Shown here: positions 40,021-51,309 of the stretch, piece by piece
Layout: the number at the start of each line of letters is the position of its first letter
Position numbering within the stretch: the first letter of the stretch is position 1
Assembly (NCBI GenBank): GCA_963772725.1
Contig: CAVYYI010000003.1
Coordinates: 288,001-352,000 of the forward strand
Length of the DNA stretch: 64,000 nt
Source: an uncultured Phycisphaerales bacterium
Lineage (GTDB): Bacteria; Planctomycetota; Phycisphaerae; Sedimentisphaerales; Anaerobacaceae
Direction of reading: 5' to 3'
Notes under the pieces: model-generated
Seen by the model: only the letters and a program-made list of their open reading frames with translations
Database searches by the model: none
What the model was told of the DNA's origin: nothing
Program-made: the position numbers and the translations under genes

Positions 40021-40049
40021 ATAGTATCAAAATCTTCTCTACATAGCAA
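40021..40049 (-). promoter_or_regulatory. Putative internal sigma70 promoter upstream of the transketolase module
   Basis: Minus strand TTGCTA-N17-TACTAT with extended TG. Confidence 0.5.
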
Positions 40050-40106
40050 GAGCTTGGCAAGCGGTTTACGCTATTTAGAAACAGTTATAATATCAATAAT
40101 TGTTCC

Positions 40107-40853
40107 TTAAAGGGATTCTGGTTTATGATGTTCAGTGAAATTGATAATAGGACGACATCGCAGAGTTTGAATAAACGATTGAGAAACAAATTTCCATGTT
40201 TTCAGGCCGCCTCCCATAAATGTTACTCCTGTTTTGCGGACTTCGTGAGGAACGGGAACATTGTAAAGACGCACGTGCGCTTTTGCTAAGGCGCCAGAAA
40301 TTATTATGTTTGGAGCCAAAGTATCGTCCGGAATTTGTGCAATAATCTGTTTTAATAAAGAAGACCGCATCAATCGGTACGGGGTTGCCACATCCACGAC
40401 GCCTTTGCCGAAAAGCAATCTTACGGTAATTTGTGAGCATGCGCTTATAAATGCCCTGGGAATATTTTGTAGCCGTCCTGCGCGAATCCCGAAAAGGGCA
40501 TCGTACTGGCTGTGCTTGTCCCAGAGCAGCGGAAAATGTTTGGCCTTCATTTCATCATCGCTGTCGCACTGAAAAACCCAGTCTGCCAGCTTGACAGCCT
40601 TGTGGTAGCCCATAAGTATAGTCGGGCCATGACCACTGTTTTGCTTTTTAATTATTTCAATACGCTTATCGCCCGAAAACGCTGCCAGTTTCCCTGCCGT
40701 ACCATCAATCGAGCCGTCATTTAACACTATCATATGAAAATTAATTTTCAGGTCACTAAGTACTTTCAGCCATGATTTTACAACCTGAGAAATACAACCT
40801 TCTTCGTTATAGACGGGCATAACCAGTGCCAGTTCCAGTTTTTCATCAGCCAT
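40107..40853 (-). CDS. Glycosyltransferase family 2 (polyprenol-phosphate glycosyltransferase-like)
   Basis: VMPVYNEE, LNDGSIDGT, NSGHG, QCDSD. Confidence 0.85.
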   Translation of the reverse strand: MADEKLELALVMPVYNEEGCISQVVKSWLKVLSDLKINFHMIVLNDGSIDGTAGKLAAFSGDKRIEIIKKQNSGHGPTILMGYHKAVKLADWVFQCDSDDEMKAKHFPLLWDKHSQYDALFGIRAGRLQNIPRAFISACSQITVRLLFGKGVVDVATPYRLMRSSLLKQIIAQIPDDTLAPNIIISGALAKAHVRLYNVPVPHEVRKTGVTFMGGGLKTWKFVSQSFIQTLRCRPIINFTEHHKPESL

Positions 40854-40879
40854 AAATACAATTCTTTAGACCGGGCGGA

Positions 40880-41495
40880 CTATTTTTGTTTTTGGCCGCG
40901 GGTTTGTTCTGCCTGCGAATATTTTTTCTCGTAAATATTTTTGCGTCTGAAAACCTGCGCAATTGTAGTGAGCAGAATTTTCAAATCAAGCAAAAAACCG
41001 GCTGTTTCCACGTATTTAACATCAAGTTCCAGTTTTTCTTCACGCGTCAGCTCGCCCCGTCCGCTTATTTGCCAGACCCGTCAGTCCGGGCTTGACCAGC
41101 AGCCGTTTCCTCTGCCGTTCATTCCATTCCGCCATCTGTTCAACGTACAAAGGCCTGGGGCCGACAACGCTCATATCGCCTTTTAATATATTAAACAATT
41201 GCGGCAGTTCATCAAGCGAATATTCCCGCAGAAATTTGCCGATTGCGGTAAGCCTCGCATCATCACCTGATTTCGGACTCGGGCCAAACGGATCGGTATC
41301 GACTTTCATCGTGCGGAATTTGTAAAACGTAAAAGGTTTGCCGTTTTTTCCCGCCCGAATCTGCCGGAACACCGCCGGCCCTTTACCGGATAATCTTATC
41401 GCGGCCCAAATAACGACAAATGCCGGCAAAAGAACACTCAACGCCGGCAGTGAAAAAACTATATCTAAACCTCGCTTAAGACAATTCCCAGACAC
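40880..41495 (-). CDS. Initiating phosphoglycosyl transferase (Bac_transf family); frameshift near 41065
   Basis: KRGLDI, YKFRTM, SLDELPQLFNILKGDMSVVGPRP, KPGLTGLA; shifted frame LELDVKYV...LDLKIL. Confidence 0.9.
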
Positions 41496-41540
41496 GTCGT
41501 ATTTGACCCTAATTAGTTAATAAATAGTTCAAAATATAGG

Positions 41541-43097
41541 TCAAGTTTTATTGTACTTGGCCGGCTTTACGTCAAGACAGCTTCGCCATATAGATTCCTG
41601 CCTTAATACGGCAGCTATTTTATCGACTCCTTTACAATGACGTTTGTCGTCAACTACCCAAATTAAATTTCTTAAAGGATAGGTAATATGTAAAAAGGCC
41701 TCAAAGTATTTAGAATATATTATATTCAGAAGGGCATACTCATATGAAAATCCAAAAACCTTTATCAAATGTTCCTGAAATTGCGTCTTATGATAAATAC
41801 TTCTGCAGCCGTCAAGCACATAATGAAAGTGCATCTGGTTCAGATAGTACTCCAAAATGCCATCTAGTAAACCGTAACTCGAATATTTATCCAGAAATGA
41901 TGGATCGTGCCTGATACTATTCAAAAAAACGGCATTATCCTGGATATAATTCTCCGAAAAACTGACGAGTTTATCCTGGTAAAAGCAGCCGATATACTCC
42001 AGTACGCCCTGCACTTTTGTCGCCGCATTAATTCGTTGTTGTAATATTTCAGATGTCTCTATTCCCTCACGCGCTCCCTTATACCGGCTTGCAGCAAGTT
42101 TTGCAATTTCCGGGCAATTCAATAAAACTTCATCAAAGCTCAGTTTTCGTACGCTGAAATTTTTCCTGCCCTGTCTTATCATCCAGCGTTTCTTTTTATC
42201 TGCAATTTGGTCAATATTCCACGGTCCTCTTTTTAGAATATACCACCACTGACTGTTCCGCACTTGTCCAAACTCACTATCCCATCGCGCAAATAGTCTG
42301 CCTGACACACGAACAACCTCTTTTGCAAGTTTATTGGTTATGGGCGGGCAGCAATGCGGAAAATAAGCCGGCATCATAAATCCGCTGTAATCAAACCAGT
42401 CAACACCGTCTATAGTTAGGACGTACACACCGGACTCCTTTAAAAATCGGCCATATAGGTTTTCGCAACAGCTATCAGATATAGGGCCGGCATTTCTACT
42501 TTCTGCCATTGGCGCCAGAAGAAGATTGCTTAAGACACCGTGATTATAGATTTGCTTTAACAATTTAAAACCGCAATTTTGATATAAATTATTGGCCGGT
42601 TTGTTATCAGCTCCAACAAGAACACGCACGCTTTCTACACCTCTCTTGCGGCATTCCTCGAATCCCATCTGAAGCAACTTTTTGCCCAGTCCTTTGCCGC
42701 GGCTTTCCGTGTCGACGGCTATCGAAAGCAACACTGTAGAAAAAGGCAATTTCATTTTTTTTATTCTGAGCGGGTAAATGAGGGTTTCAAAAGCTCTTTT
42801 TATTATCTTGAGAGAAAGCACTTTATGTATTATCAAAAAAGCAAATTTAAAACCTTTTTGGCGAAGAGTAAATTTATAAAGCGAATTAAGATTGGTTGAA
42901 AAAGCCGCAAATCCGCAGACTTTCCCGTCTTCCACTGCCACGAAACCAAAACTGCATTTGCTATCCGCTACGGCTTTATACAACTCAGTGACAAAATCTT
43001 CACCCAGCGAGCTTATAAAACCAGTTTTGATACCCTGGATATGCAACTTCGCTAACTGCGCAGTGTGCTTAGTTTCAATTCTGACAAATTCCATCAA
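41541..43097 (-). CDS. GNAT acetyltransferase fused to a second uncharacterised domain
   Basis: LSIAVDTESRGKGLG, NKPANNLYQNCGF in first ~195 aa; ~320 aa C-terminal domain. Confidence 0.75.
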   Translation of the reverse strand: MMEFVRIETKHTAQLAKLHIQGIKTGFISSLGEDFVTELYKAVADSKCSFGFVAVEDGKVCGFAAFSTNLNSLYKFTLRQKGFKFAFLIIHKVLSLKIIKRAFETLIYPLRIKKMKLPFSTVLLSIAVDTESRGKGLGKKLLQMGFEECRKRGVESVRVLVGADNKPANNLYQNCGFKLLKQIYNHGVLSNLLLAPMAESRNAGPISDSCCENLYGRFLKESGVYVLTIDGVDWFDYSGFMMPAYFPHCCPPITNKLAKEVVRVSGRLFARWDSEFGQVRNSQWWYILKRGPWNIDQIADKKKRWMIRQGRKNFSVRKLSFDEVLLNCPEIAKLAASRYKGAREGIETSEILQQRINAATKVQGVLEYIGCFYQDKLVSFSENYIQDNAVFLNSIRHDPSFLDKYSSYGLLDGILEYYLNQMHFHYVLDGCRSIYHKTQFQEHLIKVFGFSYEYALLNIIYSKYFEAFLHITYPLRNLIWVVDDKRHCKGVDKIAAVLRQESIWRSCLDVKPAKYNKT

Positions 43098-43135
43098 ATC
43101 ATCCCATCCGGCACATCTTATGTATTATTAAACAA

Positions 43136-44407
43136 TTATTTCACTGCACGTTTCGTTTTATCGGGAAGTACTTTATTAACCAGTATATCGATGTATTTGG
43201 CGGCAAGTACATTTCTATCGAAATTTTTTCTTACAAAATCAAGACCGCTGTTTCCGAACTGAGCACACAATTGGGGATTTTGTCTTAATTTCAGGACTGC
43301 TTCAGCAAAAGCCCGCGGATTTTCCGGTTCGACATAAATTCCGGATGAAGCATCCTCGACAAGTTTTTTGGCGACACCATCGATACCTATAATCACAGGT
43401 TTTGCCGCAGACATATAGTCAAAGACTTTATTTGGATACACCGTTTTAAACGTATCAACCTTCTTTAGTACCGCGGTGCACACGTCGCTTGCTACGACAT
43501 AATCGGGTATCACATTTTTAGGCACAGCATCCACAAATACTACATTGTCGAGACCACACTGTGCCGCTCTTTCCTTTAACATAGCTTTCTCCATACCGTC
43601 GCCAACAAGCATTAAGGCGATATCAGGATGTACTTTTAATATTTTAGCCGCATCGAGAAGCTGGCTAAGACGGTTTGCAACGCCATGCGCACCTACATAA
43701 GTAACCACAAACTTACTATCGAGTCCGTGTTTTTCTCTGACCCAATTGTTACGTTGACCTGGCTTGAAAATATCAAGGTCTGCGCCATTAGGTATCATGC
43801 TTACCCGCTGGGGATTAACATTTTTTCTTTCAATGAGAGCTTTCTCAAATGCTGGTGTTAAAACATTAATCCAGTTAGCGGATTTATAGCTTTTTCTTTC
43901 CAGCCAATAAGACATTTTGATGAGGCTTTTGTTGGCAAGCACCCCAGTATCAATTGCCGACTCAGGCCATAAGTCGCGAACCTCAAATACCATCGGCACC
44001 CTTTTTAACTTGCTTAATACCCACCCTGTCAGCCCAACAGTCAAAGGCGGTGACGTGCAAATAACCACATCACATTTGCCGGCGTAAAATAAACCGGCCC
44101 AAATAGAACTGACCGCAAAAGATATATATGCCCAGAATCTTCCTATAAAACTTTTATTATAGCTCTCACTGACATAACAGCGCAGAACTTCTACGTTTTC
44201 CATTTCCTGCTCACGAACGATAAATTTGTTCTTGTATTGAGCTAGTTTTGTCCCTTTCGCGTAATGCACCGTACCGGCTAAAACTGTAATTCTATGACCG
44301 GCCTCAGACCAGTATTTTGAAAACTGATTCCATCGTGATCCGCCCGAATCGTCCTTGCCTAAAAAATATTGATGTACCAGCAATATGTGCATAAATGTCC
44401 CTCTCAA
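43136..44407 (-). CDS. Glycosyltransferase family 4 (WbuB-like)
   Basis: TSPPL, FEVRDLWPE, IPNGAD, PNKVFDYM. Confidence 0.9.
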   Translation of the reverse strand: MRGTFMHILLVHQYFLGKDDSGGSRWNQFSKYWSEAGHRITVLAGTVHYAKGTKLAQYKNKFIVREQEMENVEVLRCYVSESYNKSFIGRFWAYISFAVSSIWAGLFYAGKCDVVICTSPPLTVGLTGWVLSKLKRVPMVFEVRDLWPESAIDTGVLANKSLIKMSYWLERKSYKSANWINVLTPAFEKALIERKNVNPQRVSMIPNGADLDIFKPGQRNNWVREKHGLDSKFVVTYVGAHGVANRLSQLLDAAKILKVHPDIALMLVGDGMEKAMLKERAAQCGLDNVVFVDAVPKNVIPDYVVASDVCTAVLKKVDTFKTVYPNKVFDYMSAAKPVIIGIDGVAKKLVEDASSGIYVEPENPRAFAEAVLKLRQNPQLCAQFGNSGLDFVRKNFDRNVLAAKYIDILVNKVLPDKTKRAVK

Positions 44408-44415
44408 ATCAACCT

Positions 44416-46571
44416 TTAATCTAAAAAAACTTCTTCATTGTCCTGTAGAATACAGGCAAACGTGTTTTCATAACTGCTATCTGTCGAATTTAAAGTTATC
44501 ATTAGTTTATATCCAGCAGTCCCGGAAATTAATGATACAATATTATTTTCGCTTAAAACCGCTTTTTTGATAGTGTTCCCAAGGCTGACAATCGTAACAA
44601 ATCTGACAGGCAGCTTTACTGTTTGCGAGCAAACTAACACAGGCGATGGTTTACGATTGCCATAGCAGGCAGATTCCCATCCCATTGACCTGTCGGCACC
44701 TTTGAAACATTCATATTTAGCAGTTTTTACGGAATCTAATATCATTATGCTGACAGGTCCGTTTTCTGTCTGCAATATCAGCGAATTGTTTTTTAACTCA
44801 AAATCAGTGTCGTATAACTGCCAGCAGAGTTCAAGTTTATGAATATCATTTCCCAGTACATCATCAACAATCAGCCAGCAATCTTCCAGCGATAATACAG
44901 ACCTGCGATGAATAACCTTAGTCTTGCCGCGACAGTAACCGTAATGCTCGCCCTGCATTGATTGATACCCCCCTGTCGAAAACTTTTATGCGCCGAAAAT
45001 TTCGACTTAATCCAATCTGACCACATAAATCGCGACAGTCGTTCCATCTGGTCAGAATTATCCACCGCTATCGTATTGTGAGCGGTTGCTGAGCCGAAAA
45101 AACTCTGCCATGGCTGCGGACAATTATACATATATGTGCCGGAATCACGCAATATGTTGCGACCCTTCCACCACAAATCCAAATGTAGCATATCGGAATG
45201 TCCCGGACGGTCACAGAAGCTATGACAACGCATCATCGCCCAGGTATTTTTATTACGAATGGTATAATAGCCGCCTGCTGCAAAAGCCGCACTTTTATAT
45301 TTTGCCTGTGTCGGTGATGCACTCAAACTATCCGTCCCAAAAAACCAAACCAAATCCTCGTCCCAAAGTCCCGCTGTATATAATCTTGTTCCATTCAATA
45401 AATAATACATCGCCTGCAAAACAGGACGATAGTCTGAATAACCGCAGTTGTTTAACGGGATTATTATAGCACCATCGTTCGCTCCATAATTAGGAACTTT
45501 CCCCGTAACTTCATCCTGCATCTGGTATAAAAAATTAACCGCTTTGCTGATGCAGGACATTAATTCATCACAAAATCTATCGCCATTTATATGCGCAAGC
45601 TGTATAACCCACAGAAAATCCTGCAGCATTAAACGATGATAATTCATTGAGTGCTGGATATAGGAACCATCGGTATAAATCTGTTTGAGTCCTTCTTTGG
45701 CTAGAACTTTTTTGCCGAGCTTGACCCAATGCCCTGACCGCTTGAACTCAGGAAATAAAATGCCTGCTGTGTATAATCCAGCCGCCTCAGTCAGCGAGTG
45801 GTTGGTATGTGTAGAAATCGCAAATGCGATATTTTTTTCGATTCTCTCGGCATGAACCACGATAGCTTCAGCAAGTTTTATTTTTCTCGCAATCGTGCTG
45901 CTATCCGCAGCGGCTAATGCGTAAAACGCGAAAACCATCGCCATAAGGCGAATAGCACATTCCTGCCCGCAGACGTAGTTTAGCCCCATATTAGGCTGGT
46001 TACTATCCAGCCAGGATTCGAACAGGCTCCAAAACTTTTCGGTGTATTTGTTGTCTTTTGATACCGCATAAGCCCTGACCAACGTATATGCCCAGGCAAA
46101 CCGGGAAAGCTCCCAGATAAATTTAATATCTCCAACCGCTGGGTCGAACATATTAATATCACACCAGTGTCTGTCGTTGCCTGCCCGCTTGTTTGTTACA
46201 GGATTTAAAAACCAGTCCGGCTCGGAGCCCAAATCGTAACTTTTATCGAAAAAATACTGAAACCTGTTTTTAAGAATTTCATTTGCGGCGGATAAGACTT
46301 TTTCCTTACTGTACTGGGTTGTTGGCGGCAAATTGCCGATTTCAAAAAAGAACCTGCGTCCATTGGCACTATGCTGCTTTAAAAACTTTTCAGGATCTGT
46401 TTCTGACGATGTACCCAGTAATTCGGCAAAATTAATTTCTTCCCATCGCCGAGGAGGAAATTTGCGTTTTAACAGTCCCGATTTTTTTCGCAATTCATAT
46501 TGTGCCCGGAATGCGCAAAAACCAACCCCGTTGTACCGAATGATTTTGTATATTTTTGAAATCTTGTTCAA
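44416..46571 (-). CDS. Heparinase II/III-like protein; frameshift near 44965
   Basis: DIKFIWELSRF, NHSLTEA, QHSMNYH, PNYGANDG, GHSDMLH, DSGTY, AHNTI; C-terminal HYGY...HRR. Confidence 0.85.
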
Positions 46572-46578
46572 GGTCGAA

Positions 46579-48722
46579 TTACATTTTAACAACACCGGCA
46601 CCGTTAGCAGATTCCATCGCCGCGAAACTGGCCAGTGTAATGTTCTCAATTGTTTCGAACGATATCAAAGGCTCGCCGCCTCTGACAATCCGTTCGATAA
46701 AATATCGAAATTGATTATTATGTCCCTTGTCCTGACTGAATAAATTCATCTTCCTGAAATTACTCCAGCCGTACCCGCGAAGTTTTCTGAAATTGTCCAG
46801 TTGCAGAATTTTGACGTCACAGAACAATTCAAATGTTTCTTTGGGATAACTCTTGTGACCATTCGCGAAATAATGCAGTGTTCCAACCGAACCGTCAGCG
46901 AAATTAGCGGTGATGCTCATCTTGTCGTCACGAATGGTTATTCCCTTTGATTGGCCTATCATTGCAGCACTGAGTGACACAATCGGCGCACCTGCAAGAT
47001 AACTCATAAAGTCAAGCCAGTGACATCCTTCACCTATTATTCTTCCGCCGCCGATGTTTTTATCCTGCACCCATATATTTGCTGGAATTTCACCGGCATT
47101 TATGAGCCATACCATACACATCGGGGTATTTCGCGATGATACAAGCGAATGTATTTTTTCAGCGTGCGGTGAAAATCTGCGGTTAAAACCGACCAGCAAT
47201 TGCTTGTCCTTGTTTTTCTCATAGGCTTCTTTTACTCGAACCAGCTCTTCCCGATTCAGGCACAAAGGCTTTTCAACGTGTACATTTTTGCCAGCCGACA
47301 AAGCCTCTATCACCATTTTCGAATGAAGGTCGTGACGAGTCGTAATAAACACCGTATTTATTTCAGGGTCATTTAGTATCTGCTTATAATCATTGGTCGC
47401 CTGTTCAAATCCGAACTTTCTCGCGGTATGCACACCTGCCACACCGTTAATATCTGCGATGGTCTTGAGGCGAATATCAAGTCCCTTCACCGCGGGCAGG
47501 AGGGTCAATTTGGCAAAATTTCCAGCACCTATCAAACCCGCTGTTACTTTCGATGCCGCTGCCGACTTTACATATTGAATCTGGGTTTTAATGACGCTCT
47601 CACGTTTGGCAGGGCCGGTGGGGTAAGTCAATATAATCGCCATCTTGTCAGGCTGGTCTGTCAGCATTTTATATGCTTTATCCGCTTCAGCCTGTGCTAT
47701 TTTTTCGCTTATTAGTTTGTTCACATCAAGAGTTCCCGCGGCAAAACCATCAAGAATAGCCTGAAAGTTCCTTTGTTCTGTCCATCGCACATAACCGTAC
47801 GGATAATCCTGTCCGCCTTCTTCATAATTACCGTCATACCGACCAGGACCATACGAACAGGATACCTGGAAGCTTAATTCCTTCTCATAAAAGTCTGCCC
47901 GGTCGAGATTCAAATTCACCACTCCCACAAGCACAATGCGGCCTTTTTTGCGGGATATCTGGGAAGCCTGGTGAACTATCGAATCCTCTTTTGCCGAAGC
48001 CGTTATAAGTACGGCATCAACCCCTTTCTGGCCTGTTTTCGCCATTGCCGATGCTACCGCGTCCGCTCCACTTCTTACATCAACAACTTCCGCGCCATAT
48101 TCAGAGGCGAGCTCAAGTCTTTTTTTATCAATATCTATACCAATAACCCTACAGCCGCAGCTTTTAAGCAATTGCACACAAACCAATCCAATCAGTCCAA
48201 GCCCGAAGACGGCCACAGTCTCACCGAACGTCGGTTCTATTAATCTTATTCCCTGCAAACCGACAGAAGCCAGAACAGTGAACGCCGCCTGCTCGTCGCT
48301 GACATTATCAGGAACCTTTGCGCAGAGGTTTTTGGGTATGCATACTATCTCAGCGTGTATCCATTGCTGACAACCCTGTCTCCAACCTCAAAACCTTCAA
48401 CACCAGCGCCGACTTCCAGAACTGTACCGCAATTACAATACCCCAGAGGCAAAGGCTCATCCAGCCTGGCAAATACACTATGCATCGTCGGGAGTAAACC
48501 ATCAGTTTTTATCTTATCAATCACCTGCTTAACTTTGTCCGGCTGCTGCCTCGCTTTATTCAGCAAAGAGCTTTTGGCAAAGGTTACAAGCATTCGCTCT
48601 GTTCCCGCGGAAATCAGGCTGCATCGTGTCTGTATAAGCAGGCTGCCGCGTTTTATAACCGGCGTCGGTACCTCCGCAACTTCAAGTTCCCCTGTTTTAA
48701 GGTTTTGTAAAATCTGTTTCAT
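46579..48722 (-). CDS. Bi-domain oxidoreductase (Zn-ADH-like + Gfo/Idh/MocA); frameshift near 48355
   Basis: SLISAGTERML, GLGLIG, SCSYGPGRYD, VRWTEQRN, IGAGNF, VEKPL, VGFNRRF. Confidence 0.9.
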
Positions 48723-48742
48723 CTATGGTACTCCAGCTTATT

Positions 48743-50133
48743 TTAGTTTCCATTGCCTATCCGATTAATTATAGAAAGATATTTTCCGGCCACTGTACGT
48801 TCTATCTTGGTAACATATTCAAAATTTATCTTTATTTCGTTTCCAACCTTGCGACGGAACTGATGCTCAACTTCTTGCTCATCAGCCCCGCTATATTTGT
48901 CGTCACGAACTATTTTAATTACAATTTCCGCCTCACGATACTGAATCACCTGCATTTCGCGAACATTCCGGCATTTTTTGGCAATAACGCTTATATTGCA
49001 CACTCGTGAACCATCAGGCAAAACAAAATAATGGCCTGTACGGCCGTAGCAACTATGTATAACCCGCCCAGGAACACCAGCAGAACATCTTGCATCTGGA
49101 TTGTATAAAACAAGGTCGCCGGTTCTGTACCTCAGCAATGGCCAAGCATAATGGTATAAATGTGTCCCTATTATTTCTGCCTTTATTAAACCATCTTCTT
49201 GTCCAACCGGTAAAAACTCTAAAATCGAATAATCCATATCATAATGCATATGGCCACAAGGATATTCCGTTATCGAACCAACCAATTCCCCTTGTCCATA
49301 GCGATTCCATACTTTGCATCCGATGACTTTCTCAATCTTTGCTTTATGAGCAGGTTGCAACTCCTCGCTTGCTGAAAAAAAAGCTTCCGGTGGCTGCTTA
49401 AGCCGCAAACAATTTCGCTCCATATATTCGGCGATTACATTTAACGCTGAACCATAGCCCGTATAGAATTTACTGTAACGCGAATTCAATGCCTCAAAAT
49501 AATACTTAAGATTTTTTTCTCTTAGATGAAAAATCGAGTACATTCGTTCATTTGCAGCCCAGTTGTTGCGCCAAAAAGGCGGCTTATCCCTTCCGGGTTC
49601 TACTATCTCAAGGCCTGAGAACAAACTCCACGGGTCTCCAAACTTCATACCTGGTCGATATCGTGTCCACACAAACGCAGTTTCCATGTTGGAGATTTCA
49701 CGTGACCAGTAGGTTACAAGCGGCTTTCCTGTACTGCCGCTTGTCGGAGAAGTAAATAAGGATATAGGATTACAGGTATCAGCTAAAAATAAATGCTCAG
49801 CTTTGCGAACCGTGTCTTTATCGATAATAGGTAACTTTTGCAAGTCTTCAAGGTTATTAAAATCCTGCGGCCTTAGTTTTAAATCAGAAAAGAGCTGTTT
49901 ATAATATGGTACATGTTCATAACAATGTTTGATAATGGCAATCAGTTTTTCACGTTGTAGTTCGAGTAAATCTGATTCAGAATATTTATGTGCTTTACTG
50001 AAAAAAGTAACCCATTTATCATAATTTCCAGTAAAACGAAATTGTTTCTTGCGCAACCATAAATACTGCTGAACAAATCCTGCAGAGTTGAGGACGAATG
50101 GTTATATAAAAATCTTGTGAGTTTATTTTCCAC
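48743..50133 (-). CDS. Phenylacetate-CoA-ligase-like (CapK-type) ANL protein; frameshift near 50060
   Basis: HVPYY, TSGSTGKP, YGQGE, PLLRYRTGD, GR; N-terminus in ORF 49942-50133. Confidence 0.82.
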
Positions 50134-50226
50134 TTATAATGCTCCTTTTTTCGTATCTGTCTTTATAACGTATAGCTTATCATCAAATATATATTCATTT
50201 ATTCGGTATAACCTAAATCCGCCAAA

Positions 50227-51309
50227 TTACCTACGCTTGTGGCGCACTCGAACATAAGCTATAAAATGCTTGGGCCAGTATTCCATTGTCGGTGAAAATG
50301 GAGCAGGATAAAAAATTATCACCTTTGCACGATTATATGGAGCGTATCTTTTCGGCCTTTGCGCATACCAGTCAATATTCAACTCTGAGCCTAAAAGCCA
50401 GGAATATATCAGGTCATAATCCCAGTCTTTTACCCATTTCTGTAATTCAGTCGTGTGTCGTTTATAACCACAGCCAAGTGCAACCCACGGAGTGACATCC
50501 TCAATCCCAAGCTCATCTGCCAGTTTGCAGGTTCTGCGAAAAAGCTCCCTCATTCGGTCCGGTTCGGGAACGGTATAAAGTGAACACGATAATGATGACT
50601 TAATCTCCTTGCCTGTAAAATAGGGTGTTCTGCTCCAGCCATCGTAGGCCCATGCTTCTATCATACCTCTGCCATACCATTCAATACGGGCATTCGAATA
50701 AATTTCTTTTGCCAACTTGTGAATTGAGTCTAAATTATCTCGTATTGCATCATTCCACAGGTTGCTGTCATTTCTTATTTCAAATCTCTCACTGTCTAAA
50801 AGTATCGCACTAACCTGAACGTCTGTGCCATACTTTTGATTCGACTCCTTAACCCAATTCTTTACTACCTCCATCCGCTCCTTAAAAAAAGAAAGTTCAG
50901 CAATATATGTCGGGCCCCGGTTTGTCGGTGAAAGGTCTTTCCCAAATTTATTATGCCACGGACTAAAATTAACTGCCAGCGAACACGGTATCACAGGATT
51001 TGTTTTGTTTACTCTTGCACAAATATAAACACTGTTTTGAACTTGTTCTTTTGTTACCCATTCACCTTTCACGCTCAGAGCGTGCGTTATTCTTGCTAAT
51101 TCATAAGCCAAACGGTCATTAGGGTCATTTAAAATATCTCCAAGACCCCATGAATAATGAATTTTAGGCAAAGGCTTTAACGCAAAGAGCTTAATTTCAA
51201 TGTCTTGCCGCGACAATTCTGTACCTGCTCCTGCGATACTTAACCAATATGCGCACAAAACCAGCTCCGCAATTATGAACTTTTTAATAATAGCTATCTC
51301 CGAAACCAT
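50227..51309 (-). CDS. Hypothetical secreted protein; C-terminus may be frameshifted, ending at ~50199
   Basis: N-terminal signal-like segment; aromatic-rich, contains ILLDSE. Confidence 0.6.
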   Translation of the reverse strand: MVSEIAIIKKFIIAELVLCAYWLSIAGAGTELSRQDIEIKLFALKPLPKIHYSWGLGDILNDPNDRLAYELARITHALSVKGEWVTKEQVQNSVYICARVNKTNPVIPCSLAVNFSPWHNKFGKDLSPTNRGPTYIAELSFFKERMEVVKNWVKESNQKYGTDVQVSAILLDSERFEIRNDSNLWNDAIRDNLDSIHKLAKEIYSNARIEWYGRGMIEAWAYDGWSRTPYFTGKEIKSSLSCSLYTVPEPDRMRELFRRTCKLADELGIEDVTPWVALGCGYKRHTTELQKWVKDWDYDLIYSWLLGSELNIDWYAQRPKRYAPYNRAKVIIFYPAPFSPTMEYWPKHFIAYVRVRHKRR

